Virus record (IMG/VR): IMGVR_UViG_3300022752_000076
Span: 1 to 59,716 of that record
DNA: 59,716 bases
Origin: a virus
Taxonomy: Duplodnaviria; Caudoviricetes
Reading direction: 5' to 3' (one strand)
The notes beneath the pieces were generated by a model that saw only the letters and a list, made by a program, of their open reading frames with translations, ran no database searches and was not told the DNA's origin. Below are positions 44,740 to 53,739 of the stretch, one piece after another (within the stretch, counting starts at the first letter, position 1; each line of letters starts with the position of its first letter). The position numbers were made by a program, and so were the translations under genes.

Positions 44740-45999
44740 TTATATCTTTAACAATGAGGGTAATCTAACTCCATCTGGTTTAACAGCAGCTAACCAAGCA
44801 GTTACAATTGGTACATTAATACTGCGTAACCATTCATTGGGAAACCAAGTTTGCATCCTATAAGATTGAAATCGTATGGTTGTATTACGAATATACCTTG
44901 CTAAATTAGCATCAGTATAGTATAAGAAGCTATTTTCATTCCAATAACTAACGTGCGTAGGATCTTGAAATGCTCCACGACCATCAGTGCTAGGCACATC
45001 AATAAATGCCCAACCACCATGTGCAAGTACTCTATGTATCTCACTCATAGTTTTAGTTTTATCATATAAGTGCTCTATAACGTGACTAGCGTTAACAATA
45101 CCTACGCTATTATCATTAAGTGGAATACCCTTATTAAGATCACAGTTAATATGTGCACCTTCTTGATCTATAGTTATATATCCAGGTAATCCATTAATTC
45201 CGCCGCCTATGTCAACTTTTAACAATCCACGTAGCTCGCAATCTCGTTCAGCTAATTGTCTAGCATATTGATAGAATAGCTCAACGGTTTTTGATTGTAT
45301 TAGCGCATTTCGTTCTAGCCAAGTATTGTCACCAGTAATTCTATATACATATAATACTTTATCTATTTTCTTAAACTTAGTTACTAAGTACGTTCTAATC
45401 ATTAGCTCGTGATCATCGCATACAGATAGTTCAGGGTTATGACCACCAATTTCTCGATATACACTTGCACGCCAAGCACGAACATGATCAGGTGAATACC
45501 ATATAAAACCTACGCTGTGACTAGTAGCCGTAAATGGATTCATACTAAACAGTTCCATATCTCGAAACTTAACTGTTTTATGTGTCCAGCCAAATGCTTC
45601 ACTGTATGGCAAAAATTTATTTTCCATGTGATAGATAGCATCGTGGCTGTGTACAAAACCAATAGTATCATCAGCTAATAGTTCGCTGCAAATACTCTCT
45701 AGGCAATCTGGTGTTATAATATCATCATGATCTACTTCTACTAAGACGTCGCCACTGGCTAAATTAAAAGCACAATTTTTTAAGTAACCTACATTTGTAT
45801 TAGCACTAGTATCTCTGTGAATTTTAACCCTAGCATCAGCTTTAATCGTTTCAGGTAAATCTTGTGCTGTAATTAAACCATTTAAATATACTACCCACTC
45901 CCAATTAGTATACGTTTGATCTAAAATACTTTCATATAATTCTAATAAGTATGGTATGTTTTTAACACTATGAGTTGGAGTTATAATACTAGCTAACAT
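44740..45999 (-). CDS. GT2 glycosyltransferase fused to SAM-dependent methyltransferase domain
   Basis: SIITPT, EVDHDD, CDDHEL; DIGGG, SHVIEH, EIHRVL..GG, DPTH. Confidence 0.87.
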   Translation of the reverse strand: MLASIITPTHSVKNIPYLLELYESILDQTYTNWEWVVYLNGLITAQDLPETIKADARVKIHRDTSANTNVGYLKNCAFNLASGDVLVEVDHDDIITPDCLESICSELLADDTIGFVHSHDAIYHMENKFLPYSEAFGWTHKTVKFRDMELFSMNPFTATSHSVGFIWYSPDHVRAWRASVYREIGGHNPELSVCDDHELMIRTYLVTKFKKIDKVLYVYRITGDNTWLERNALIQSKTVELFYQYARQLAERDCELRGLLKVDIGGGINGLPGYITIDQEGAHINCDLNKGIPLNDNSVGIVNASHVIEHLYDKTKTMSEIHRVLAHGGWAFIDVPSTDGRGAFQDPTHVSYWNENSFLYYTDANLARYIRNTTIRFQSYRMQTWFPNEWLRSINVPIVTAWLAAVKPDGVRLPSLLKI

Positions 46000-46898
46000 T
46001 AGGTTGTACTTTTAATATGTTTGGTTATGTTGGTAGTAATCTCATCTAACTGCTGTTTAGTAAAGTTTAATAGATTACCGTTTTCTAATTCTGCAAGATG
46101 CCACTCAAATTCAGCAAATCTAAATGGCATATATTTTTTATCTTTTATGTCATTGATAATGTTATAATGATCTGGATAACTGGCATTTATAACATTAGTT
46201 CCGCCAAATATTACGCTGCCGGGCTTATTAAAGCATCTGGCAATATGTTGTGCGCTGCTATCTATACCCAATAAATAGTCACAATTAGCTAGTATAGCTG
46301 CCAGAGCACGAACATCACTAGGCGCTACTGGTATAAAGTCGTCTTGAGATAAAAACCCAATTTGTTGATCAGTAACTAAAAATAGTGCATAGTCTCGTTT
46401 AAGCCTACTAACTAAGTATTTTATAGTTTCTGTATTTAATGACCTAACACTAGTATCTACTACTGTTTCGCCCTCTATTTTAGCAGTACTGCCCAGCGGC
46501 TGAAATGCTATTACTTTGCGACCATTAGCATATTTTCTTAGCTGTGCTGCATTGGCTAGTTCTGTGCTGCTTAAATATAGCTTGGGTATTCCCACAGGTT
46601 CTTTATCTAGATTAATTTCTTGATTAAACGCAGCTATAAGATGCGCACGCTCATTAATATAATCTATGTTATAGTAAGGCTCAGGTTTAATAATCTGTGT
46701 ATTGCGTATGCGCTGAAATAACCCTTTAGTAGTATTATCAAAAACTTTATCGGTTAATAGTTTATTACCCCACAATAGCTGCGTCCAGCCATAGGTTACT
46801 ATAGTAGTTTCCGGATGTTTTTGTACAAATCGTTCAAGAGCTGGTATAGCGCAAACTACTCTGCCCATGCCACCGTCTATTAGTAGTGTTTTATTCAT
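45999..46898 (-). CDS. GT9/heptosyltransferase-like glycosyltransferase
   Basis: GGMGR, FQP.G, GIDSSAQHIA....KP..VIFG. Confidence 0.8.
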   Translation of the reverse strand: MNKTLLIDGGMGRVVCAIPALERFVQKHPETTIVTYGWTQLLWGNKLLTDKVFDNTTKGLFQRIRNTQIIKPEPYYNIDYINERAHLIAAFNQEINLDKEPVGIPKLYLSSTELANAAQLRKYANGRKVIAFQPLGSTAKIEGETVVDTSVRSLNTETIKYLVSRLKRDYALFLVTDQQIGFLSQDDFIPVAPSDVRALAAILANCDYLLGIDSSAQHIARCFNKPGSVIFGGTNVINASYPDHYNIINDIKDKKYMPFRFAEFEWHLAELENGNLLNFTKQQLDEITTNITKHIKSTT

Positions 46899-47508
46899 GT
46901 CCCACGTTTCTTACAACAAGTTCAGTTAAATTTTTTGTATTGCCTAGTACGCCTACTGGAAAAGTATTGCAACTAATACTAATTCTAGTAGTTTCTGTCT
47001 CTACTCTATCTACAAAATGTGTTAGGCTAGAAGGAAAAATATATAAGGTATTTTCAGCTGCTTCTAACCACCAACTAGGAGAATTAAATTCGTTATAGTT
47101 TTTACTTTCAACTAATATTTGAGTATACTCATCTTTAACAAAATATATTCTATCCTTGCTGCTATCAGTTTGTACAAAAAATACACAGCTAATATAGCTA
47201 TTTGGATGTTTGTGCTGATGGTGACCCTGACCAGGCTGTGTGTAATTTGCCCAGCTTTGAGTAATAGCTATGTTAACATTACTAGCTGGGCAAATTATTT
47301 TATCAACATATTCATCTATACTGTCTACAAAAAATTGCTGTAATCTACTCAACTGTTTAGAGTTGAGTAGATAGTTATTCTCGCTAGTAATATTATACAT
47401 ATTCTGGCAAGAAGGTTGAGTTGTGATAAAGGTGATTTCTTCCTCAGTTAGCCCGTCTGCTAATTCAAATTGAGCTATTGCCTGAGGAAAAAGTGGGATC
47501 ATTTTCAT
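46891..47508 (-). CDS. 2OG-Fe(II) oxygenase (TIGR02466-like)
   Basis: LFP, QSWAN, H.H.HPNS.ISCV, IFPS.L.H.V, RISIS.N. Confidence 0.88.
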   Translation of the reverse strand: MKMIPLFPQAIAQFELADGLTEEEITFITTQPSCQNMYNITSENNYLLNSKQLSRLQQFFVDSIDEYVDKIICPASNVNIAITQSWANYTQPGQGHHQHKHPNSYISCVFFVQTDSSKDRIYFVKDEYTQILVESKNYNEFNSPSWWLEAAENTLYIFPSSLTHFVDRVETETTRISISCNTFPVGVLGNTKNLTELVVRNVGHE

Positions 47509-47528
47509 AAAAAATTATTAAACCTTAA

Positions 47529-47930
47529 TTATTCGACTACTTCTGTTATTGGTTGTTCAACGTGAGAAAACTCCCAGTTTAAAGTTTGCTCATTCCACAT
47601 CCAGACTTCGCCGTTAGGCGAATCTGGATACGGTTTAGGTGCTTTCCAAGCTAGATTAGGTAAGTCTAAAACCCAACTCGGATACAGTTTAGCTCCTATA
47701 AACACATCGGCTTCTGGTAGGTATACATCACCAGTTGCTGCATACTTATTCCTAAAACTGTTATTATAGCTAGTTTGTACCCACTTTCTATTTGTATTGT
47801 AAACAGTGTTTAAAAAATCGATACCTAGTTGTTCTTGTTCTATACCGTTGCTATCTAATAATACGGCATTATCAACAACTTCTACTCTAATAACTACATT
47901 ATTGTCATCTAATTTTGCAAAGTGTGCCAC
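47529..47930 (-). CDS. tail-fibre-associated small protein (MAHFA type)
   Basis: MAHFAKLD.NN.V, W.QTSYN..FR..YA, P.W.L....W.AP.P.P, W.WNE. Confidence 0.75.
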   Translation of the reverse strand: MAHFAKLDDNNVVIRVEVVDNAVLLDSNGIEQEQLGIDFLNTVYNTNRKWVQTSYNNSFRNKYAATGDVYLPEADVFIGAKLYPSWVLDLPNLAWKAPKPYPDSPNGEVWMWNEQTLNWEFSHVEQPITEVVE

Positions 47931-47946
47931 TAAACATAACTCCTAT

Positions 47947-50900
47947 TTAAAATACTAAATTTCCAGTTGCAATAAATTTGTGGTAAACATAACCATTTTG
48001 ACAGTATATTGTACCACCTGTTGCAGCAGAAACATTTGCACAATATCGGACTATAACTATTCCACTACCACCATTTTTACTAACTGCCGGTATTGCTGTG
48101 CCACCTGTAAGTCTGCCACCAGTATGGCTACTAGCACTACCGCCACCTCCAGTATTTGCCATACCATCAAAACCAGTGGTTACATTATTTACGAAATTAT
48201 AGCAGCCACCGCCACCATAATTTGGATACCCAAAGCTTTTAGAAATTCCGCCACTTTTAGCACCAGCACCGCCAGCTCCAAAGTATCCTCTATCACCACT
48301 ATTAGTATCTATAGCCCATTGCAAGAATAAACAGCCAATACCGCCTGGGTGAGTTGCATCTCCATTTGTAGCATTAAATTGTTGAGCAATATAATTGTTG
48401 CCTGGCCCATTAGCTCCGCCACCAGCCCCGGTATATGTGCTATAATTTGAAAAAGTACTACTACCTTCGTTAAGAGCACTAAGAAAAGTTGTTCCGCCGT
48501 TTCCTGCAGCGGTGCAAACAACCTTTCTAGCGGCAGCAGTACCACCTATACCAGCTTGTCCACCACCACCACCACCAAGTGTAGTTGCAGCATGTGCTAC
48601 AGCAGTACTTACTGTAGCGGAGGTATAAGTACAACCAGCACCTATGCCACCACCTACAGCGGTTATACCAAACACTGAACTAGGCTGTCCATTGCCAGGA
48701 TTTGCTCCTGTAGCGCTAGGCACACTAGCGCCACCACCACCAACAGTTACTGGACACGTTGTGCCAACTGTAACTGCTATAACACCGGAACATACTTGAC
48801 CACCTCCGCCGCCGCCGCTAGAGACTGCGGCATCATTACCGCCGGCTCCGCCACCACCAACAATTAAATATTCTACTTGATTATTTCCTGCTATGGTAAT
48901 AGACGAAAGCGAAGTTAACAGTGTATTAGATAGGTCTAATAAGTTAAATATAAATGTTTTGGTTGTTGTAGTAAATTTACGAAGTGTAGTAAATGTTAGT
49001 GAAGCAAAATTATCTGTAATTGTTACCGTACCACTGTTCACAGCCTCGGCAAAATCACTAGTACTACTGGTGCCCGTTTGAGTCCAGTTTAGTTGAGTGC
49101 CATTAGCTAATCCTTTGGTTATTATGTGAACAATTATTTTTTCGCCTTCAACATAGCTAGATTTATCTGTAGATAGATTATAGTTATCTGGAAACTCACT
49201 AGCAGCTATATTAAATGTTCCAGTACCTGTAAATCTATAGTATCTATGTGTTAAATCAGTACAATATGTTGGAGAACCAGTAACCGTAGCTGCTGGATAT
49301 TTTGCACTATATTTTATAAAAACAGCACCGCCGGTACCTTGACCGCTTAAACCTAACTGTGCTGCAGGAGAATTACTTATTTGAGTATTGCGCTTCCAGA
49401 CTCCTAGCCCACCACCACCGCTGCCCCAAGAGCAAGGATGTGCATTTTGTGGTCTAAGCATTGCAGGCGAATAAGTAGTATTAAATGATACACTGCCTGA
49501 TCCACCTAAACCGCAGCGATTATAGCTAAGATTAGTATTTCCGCCATAACTATAAAATGTTGTTTGGTCTTGGCTAGCTGTAGGAATATAAATAGCACCA
49601 CCGCCACCTGCTGCATAAGCATTTATATTTGTAAACGGCCAAATTGTAGCATTTACACAGCCATTACCACCAGTGCTAGTTAGTGTTGTTAATGCTCCTG
49701 CTGTGCTTGCACCGCCACCGCCGCCGGCTGCATATTGTATGCCCGTTCCACCACTATTACCACATAAACCAGTAATAAGCATACAATTACCAATACCAGC
49801 AGTAGTAAATGCAGTGCCGTAAGCAACACTAGTATCTGATGAACTAGCCATAAGCATTCCGGCTCCACCACCACCACTGCCGCCGTGACATCCACCGCTA
49901 TTAGTGGTATTTTCTAGGCTAGTTACATTAACTGATCTACTGCCGCCACCGCCACCACCATTGGCCATTATTTGACCAAAACATGTGCTTTGTCCGTTGT
50001 TGCCTACACGCCTAGCGGTTACATCAGCTGTTGCAGTCGTTCCAGCTGCAGCACCACCTGCACCAATAGAAATAGATATAGGAATATTTGGCAATAAATT
50101 AGTACTACTGCTTAAATACCCTCCAGCACCTCCACCACCGCCTAGATAAGAAGCATAAGCTCCTGTTGAGCTCATATTAGTATAATTAGGCTGTTCTACT
50201 ACGCTTGCTCCGCTGCCACCACCACCAACTACGACATATTCAATTGGTATAGTAGTAACGGCTTGGCCAAAGCATATTTGTCCAGTACCAGTAAAACATA
50301 GCACAGTATCACCGCCAACTGTTGAAACTGTAGGATTACCTGTACAAGTAACCGGCAATGCACCAGTTTTATATCTAAGTATAACTATGCCGCTGCCGCC
50401 ATGTCCGCCACGATGTAGGGCATCAAGTATCCACCGACCAGTTTTAGTAGAATATGATAGACAATTAGAACCGCTGCCACCACCGCCACCTCCACGATTA
50501 GCAGTACCATCAGTGGCTCCTGTAACGTTTCTACTACCACCATTGCCTCCACCACCTAAACCGCCTGGCCACAGTGTGCAATATCCGGGCCAGTTAGTAC
50601 ATAAAGTGGCTGTGCCTGAATAGGTAACACTGCCACCGCCACCACCGCCATAGTAGGTATTAGTTCCTGTTATACAAGAAGGTGTACCGTCCCCGCCTTT
50701 AGCACTAGCAATAGCGTGATAAACAAAGGTAGCAGCCGTAGCACATGCGGTGTTGTTTGTAGCGGCTTGTACAGTAATTGAAGTACTGCTATTAATGCAA
50801 GTTATTTTAGCAAAGTCACCAACACTGCCACCACCTGAGCCAGTTTTATATACACCTTGGCCTATAGCCATGCCCGCAGTACTAGATATAGTATTAATTA

Positions 50901-51699
50901 GAGTAGTTAAACCGGTTGTTACAACCTTGCCAGTAAACGTAGTTGTACCACTAGTATTACCATATAAAAATGGTCCGGTTGCTTCAGAAGTATTATTATA
51001 ACTACTACCACCAGCTGTACCAAGCGGTCCGCCGCCACCGCCTCCACCACCATATTGAAAATTTCCCATAGCGCCTAGAAAGGTGGGCCCGCTGCCACGT
51101 CCGCCACTAGCACCTTGTAGTGGGCTTGCCGCAGGAGTATTACCAGCACCACCATCAAGTATACCGCTAACCTCAACGGCACCCGTAGTGTTGGATATTT
51201 TTCTACTTGCACCACCTCCACCACTAGCGCCGGCTATGGCTAGGCGCTGCATAGAAGGAATAACACATACTCCCGAAACATCTGGATAACTAACGCCACC
51301 ACCGCCGCCAGCTACAACAAAACAATTATTGTCAGCATTTAAACTGCATAAAAAACTACAACCACCATTAGTACCTAAATTGCTAATTAATTTGGCAAAG
51401 CTATTAACAGTTAGAGCAGTAAGACTAGTTGAAAAAGTCTGGGATTCAAATATATATTCTCGGCAAGTAGTAGTATTATTAACTATGCTACCAGTACCAG
51501 CACCAGTACCACCGGCTCCAACACCTATTATAAATGCACAGCCAGCTTGTAGCGGTATTTGACCTTGCTTAACTCCACCGCCACCTCCACCACCGCCAGT
51601 TTCAGCACCTCCACCTCCACCTCCACCAACTATTAAGTAGTCTAGTGTTAGTGCCCCTTGTGGTGCTACCATTAAAGGACCTGCTAATACGCCTGCCAT
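47947..51699 (-). CDS. large glycine-rich tail/receptor-binding protein with three Gly-rich modules
   Basis: Three YL(I/V)VGGGG...GGSG.V..RY units; TAATG overlap sets start at MAGVLAG. Confidence 0.82.
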   Translation of the reverse strand: MAGVLAGPLMVAPQGALTLDYLIVGGGGGGGAETGGGGGGGGVKQGQIPLQAGCAFIIGVGAGGTGAGTGSIVNNTTTCREYIFESQTFSTSLTALTVNSFAKLISNLGTNGGCSFLCSLNADNNCFVVAGGGGGVSYPDVSGVCVIPSMQRLAIAGASGGGGASRKISNTTGAVEVSGILDGGAGNTPAASPLQGASGGRGSGPTFLGAMGNFQYGGGGGGGGPLGTAGGSSYNNTSEATGPFLYGNTSGTTTFTGKVVTTGLTTLINTISSTAGMAIGQGVYKTGSGGGSVGDFAKITCINSSTSITVQAATNNTACATAATFVYHAIASAKGGDGTPSCITGTNTYYGGGGGGSVTYSGTATLCTNWPGYCTLWPGGLGGGGNGGSRNVTGATDGTANRGGGGGGSGSNCLSYSTKTGRWILDALHRGGHGGSGIVILRYKTGALPVTCTGNPTVSTVGGDTVLCFTGTGQICFGQAVTTIPIEYVVVGGGGSGASVVEQPNYTNMSSTGAYASYLGGGGGAGGYLSSSTNLLPNIPISISIGAGGAAAGTTATADVTARRVGNNGQSTCFGQIMANGGGGGGSRSVNVTSLENTTNSGGCHGGSGGGGAGMLMASSSDTSVAYGTAFTTAGIGNCMLITGLCGNSGGTGIQYAAGGGGGASTAGALTTLTSTGGNGCVNATIWPFTNINAYAAGGGGAIYIPTASQDQTTFYSYGGNTNLSYNRCGLGGSGSVSFNTTYSPAMLRPQNAHPCSWGSGGGGLGVWKRNTQISNSPAAQLGLSGQGTGGAVFIKYSAKYPAATVTGSPTYCTDLTHRYYRFTGTGTFNIAASEFPDNYNLSTDKSSYVEGEKIIVHIITKGLANGTQLNWTQTGTSSTSDFAEAVNSGTVTITDNFASLTFTTLRKFTTTTKTFIFNLLDLSNTLLTSLSSITIAGNNQVEYLIVGGGGAGGNDAAVSSGGGGGGQVCSGVIAVTVGTTCPVTVGGGGASVPSATGANPGNGQPSSVFGITAVGGGIGAGCTYTSATVSTAVAHAATTLGGGGGGQAGIGGTAAARKVVCTAAGNGGTTFLSALNEGSSTFSNYSTYTGAGGGANGPGNNYIAQQFNATNGDATHPGGIGCLFLQWAIDTNSGDRGYFGAGGAGAKSGGISKSFGYPNYGGGGCYNFVNNVTTGFDGMANTGGGGSASSHTGGRLTGGTAIPAVSKNGGSGIVIVRYCANVSAATGGTIYCQNGYVYHKFIATGNLVF

Positions 51700-53099
51700 T
51701 AACTTACTCCTATACCGGTAACGTACCAAGTAGTATTATTTACTCGTAGTAAAACTGCTTGGCCATAAGACACTATGGTTTTATTACCTAGACTACCTGC
51801 TGCTAGCCTTAAGTTTACTCCTGCAGCGGATTCTAAGATTAGTGTAGCAGTACTATCGTTGATAATTATTATAGTAGTACCCAATGGAAATACTGTAGCT
51901 GTTGAATCTACTGGTACGGTTATTGTTGCAGCACTGGTAAAATATAAGTGTTTACCACTGTCTGCCCCGACTAGTGTATATGTAGTTCCAGCCCCCATAG
52001 ACTTTTGAACTATTTCTCTAAATCCTAGTCTGTGCGCTGTACCTGTGTCGGCTACATCGTCATATAATTTTGAGTCAACACTAATGTACTTGCTGTAAAA
52101 TGAGTTTTTTGCTGGGTCAAAACTAATATCCGCATCATCTACTAGTTGACCATTAGCACCAGCTAGTACAACTCTGCCTATTGTAGCTAATGAACCTACA
52201 TTTACTTTTCCAGCACCTAGTGTATCTGTAGCGCTATCATAAGTTAGTGTACTATCATCAACTAGCTTTCCGCCAGTGGTTGCTACAACTACTCTGCCTG
52301 CGGTTAAGTTACCGGCAGCTATGTTAGCACTTAATAACGTGCTTGTACCAGTGTTAAAAGTAACGTCGCTGCTTGAAGCTAATTTTCCGCCAGCACCAAC
52401 AAATATTACTCCATTAGTAGTATTTGCAGCAGTTATAGCTACATTAGCAGCAGTTAATGTGTTATTAGCAAATGTAAGCCCTGAATCGTGACTAAAATTA
52501 TTGCTGTCATTTATTTGTACACTGCCTGTACTGCCAGATGCTGTAGCGTTTGAACCTTGTGGACCTGGTGCACCTTGATCGCCTTGGCTGCCTTGACTAC
52601 CCGTAGGGCCTTGAGCACCAGTAGCACCTTGAGCACCAGTAGCACCTTGAGCACCAGTAGTACCTTGAGCTCCAGTAGCACCTTGAGCTCCAGTATCACC
52701 TTGACTACCTTGTGGTCCCGTAACGCCTGCAAAACCTTGAGGACCTATAGGGCCTGCTGCACCTTGTGGTCCTGCTGCAGCTAATAAATCCCAAAACACA
52801 GTCCAGTTGTTTCCAAAATTTGGCTTATTTGTACTTGTTGCGCTGGTATGTTGTAGCTTACACATATAGCTACTACCATCTAATTGTACCATATCACCTT
52901 GGTTATAGCTAGTAAAATCAGTCCAAGTTCCGCGAGCAGATACAGTAGCATATGGTAAACTAGCCCAAGTAGTAATACCATTACCTACTTTAAATTTTGT
53001 AGTATCTAATTCAACGCCTAATTCACCTTCGGCTAAAACTGGATTACTACTAAGCCATTGTGAGGCTGTTCCTCTTCTAAGTTGTATTCGTTGTGGCAT
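51699..53099 (-). CDS. tail fibre protein: Mtd-N-like domain, CBM5/12-like module, collagen repeats
   Basis: IQLRRGTA.QW...NPVLAEGE.G.E.DT.KFKVG.G...W..LPY; W....Y..GD.V; (GAQ/GAT)n. Confidence 0.85.
   Translation of the reverse strand: MPQRIQLRRGTASQWLSSNPVLAEGELGVELDTTKFKVGNGITTWASLPYATVSARGTWTDFTSYNQGDMVQLDGSSYMCKLQHTSATSTNKPNFGNNWTVFWDLLAAAGPQGAAGPIGPQGFAGVTGPQGSQGDTGAQGATGAQGTTGAQGATGAQGATGAQGPTGSQGSQGDQGAPGPQGSNATASGSTGSVQINDSNNFSHDSGLTFANNTLTAANVAITAANTTNGVIFVGAGGKLASSSDVTFNTGTSTLLSANIAAGNLTAGRVVVATTGGKLVDDSTLTYDSATDTLGAGKVNVGSLATIGRVVLAGANGQLVDDADISFDPAKNSFYSKYISVDSKLYDDVADTGTAHRLGFREIVQKSMGAGTTYTLVGADSGKHLYFTSAATITVPVDSTATVFPLGTTIIIINDSTATLILESAAGVNLRLAAGSLGNKTIVSYGQAVLLRVNNTTWYVTGIGVS
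52555..52770 (-). repeat. collagen-coding 9/18-bp tandem repeats
   Basis: (CCTTGAGCACCAGTAGCA)n. Confidence 0.85.
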
Positions 53100-53284
53100 T
53101 ATACGCCTCCTCCATCTAGGGCTGATAATCCAGAGTAACTAGAACCTGGGCCTCCGCCATCAACAACAACAGTAATAATAGAACCAGGAGCTCCTGGAAC
53201 ACCTTGGGGACCTTGTACGCCTTGAAAACCTTGGGGGCCTTGTGGCATAGTTGCTTGTAATAATGCGCTTGCTAGTTGTGGCAT
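53099..53284 (-). CDS. small collagen-repeat protein
   Basis: GPQGFQGVQGPQGVPGAPG; DGG motifs. Confidence 0.7.
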   Translation of the reverse strand: MPQLASALLQATMPQGPQGFQGVQGPQGVPGAPGSIITVVVDGGGPGSSYSGLSALDGGGV

Positions 53285-53310
53285 AGTAGTTACCCTGCTG
53301 TTATATTAAA

Positions 53311-53724
53311 TTAAGGTGCCGGTTCTGGCTCTGGTGTTGGCTCTGGTGGTGGAACTATTTCAGTCCAATTTAGCACTGTTTCGTTCCACTCGTAGTATTT
53401 ATCAGGTTCTACTGGCGGTGCTGGTACTGGAGCTTTCCATGTGCAACTTGCGTCATCTAATACCCAGCTTGGATATGGTTTTGGCGGTATAAAACAATCT
53501 CTAGCAGGATCATAGCTATATCCTATAGCAGCGTAGTTTTTTCTGTAGGGTGTTCCGCCAGCAATGTGTACTCCAGCATAGGTATTATAACTAGTGCGTT
53601 TACAAGTTTGGCCTCTAAAACTACCATACCACTGTTCCCAGTCAATACCATCTTCGCCTTCATCTTTGCCAACAATTACTTCTGTGACAATATTGTTATT
53701 ATCTAAAAATGCATAATGTGCCAT
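53311..53724 (-). CDS. tail-fibre-associated small protein (MAHYA type; paralogue of 47529-47930)
   Basis: MAHYAFLD.NNIV.EVIVG, KRTSYN, RKNYA..GYSYD, PKPYPSW.L. Confidence 0.8.
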   Translation of the reverse strand: MAHYAFLDNNNIVTEVIVGKDEGEDGIDWEQWYGSFRGQTCKRTSYNTYAGVHIAGGTPYRKNYAAIGYSYDPARDCFIPPKPYPSWVLDDASCTWKAPVPAPPVEPDKYYEWNETVLNWTEIVPPPEPTPEPEPAP

Positions 53725-53739
53725 GTAAAAACCTTTTAC

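Noticed and set aside
51699-53099. Mtd-like N-terminus suggesting a diversity-generating retroelement
   Set aside because: No reverse transcriptase, Avd or TR/VR repeat pair seen in the window; the Mtd-N domain is common in ordinary tail fibres
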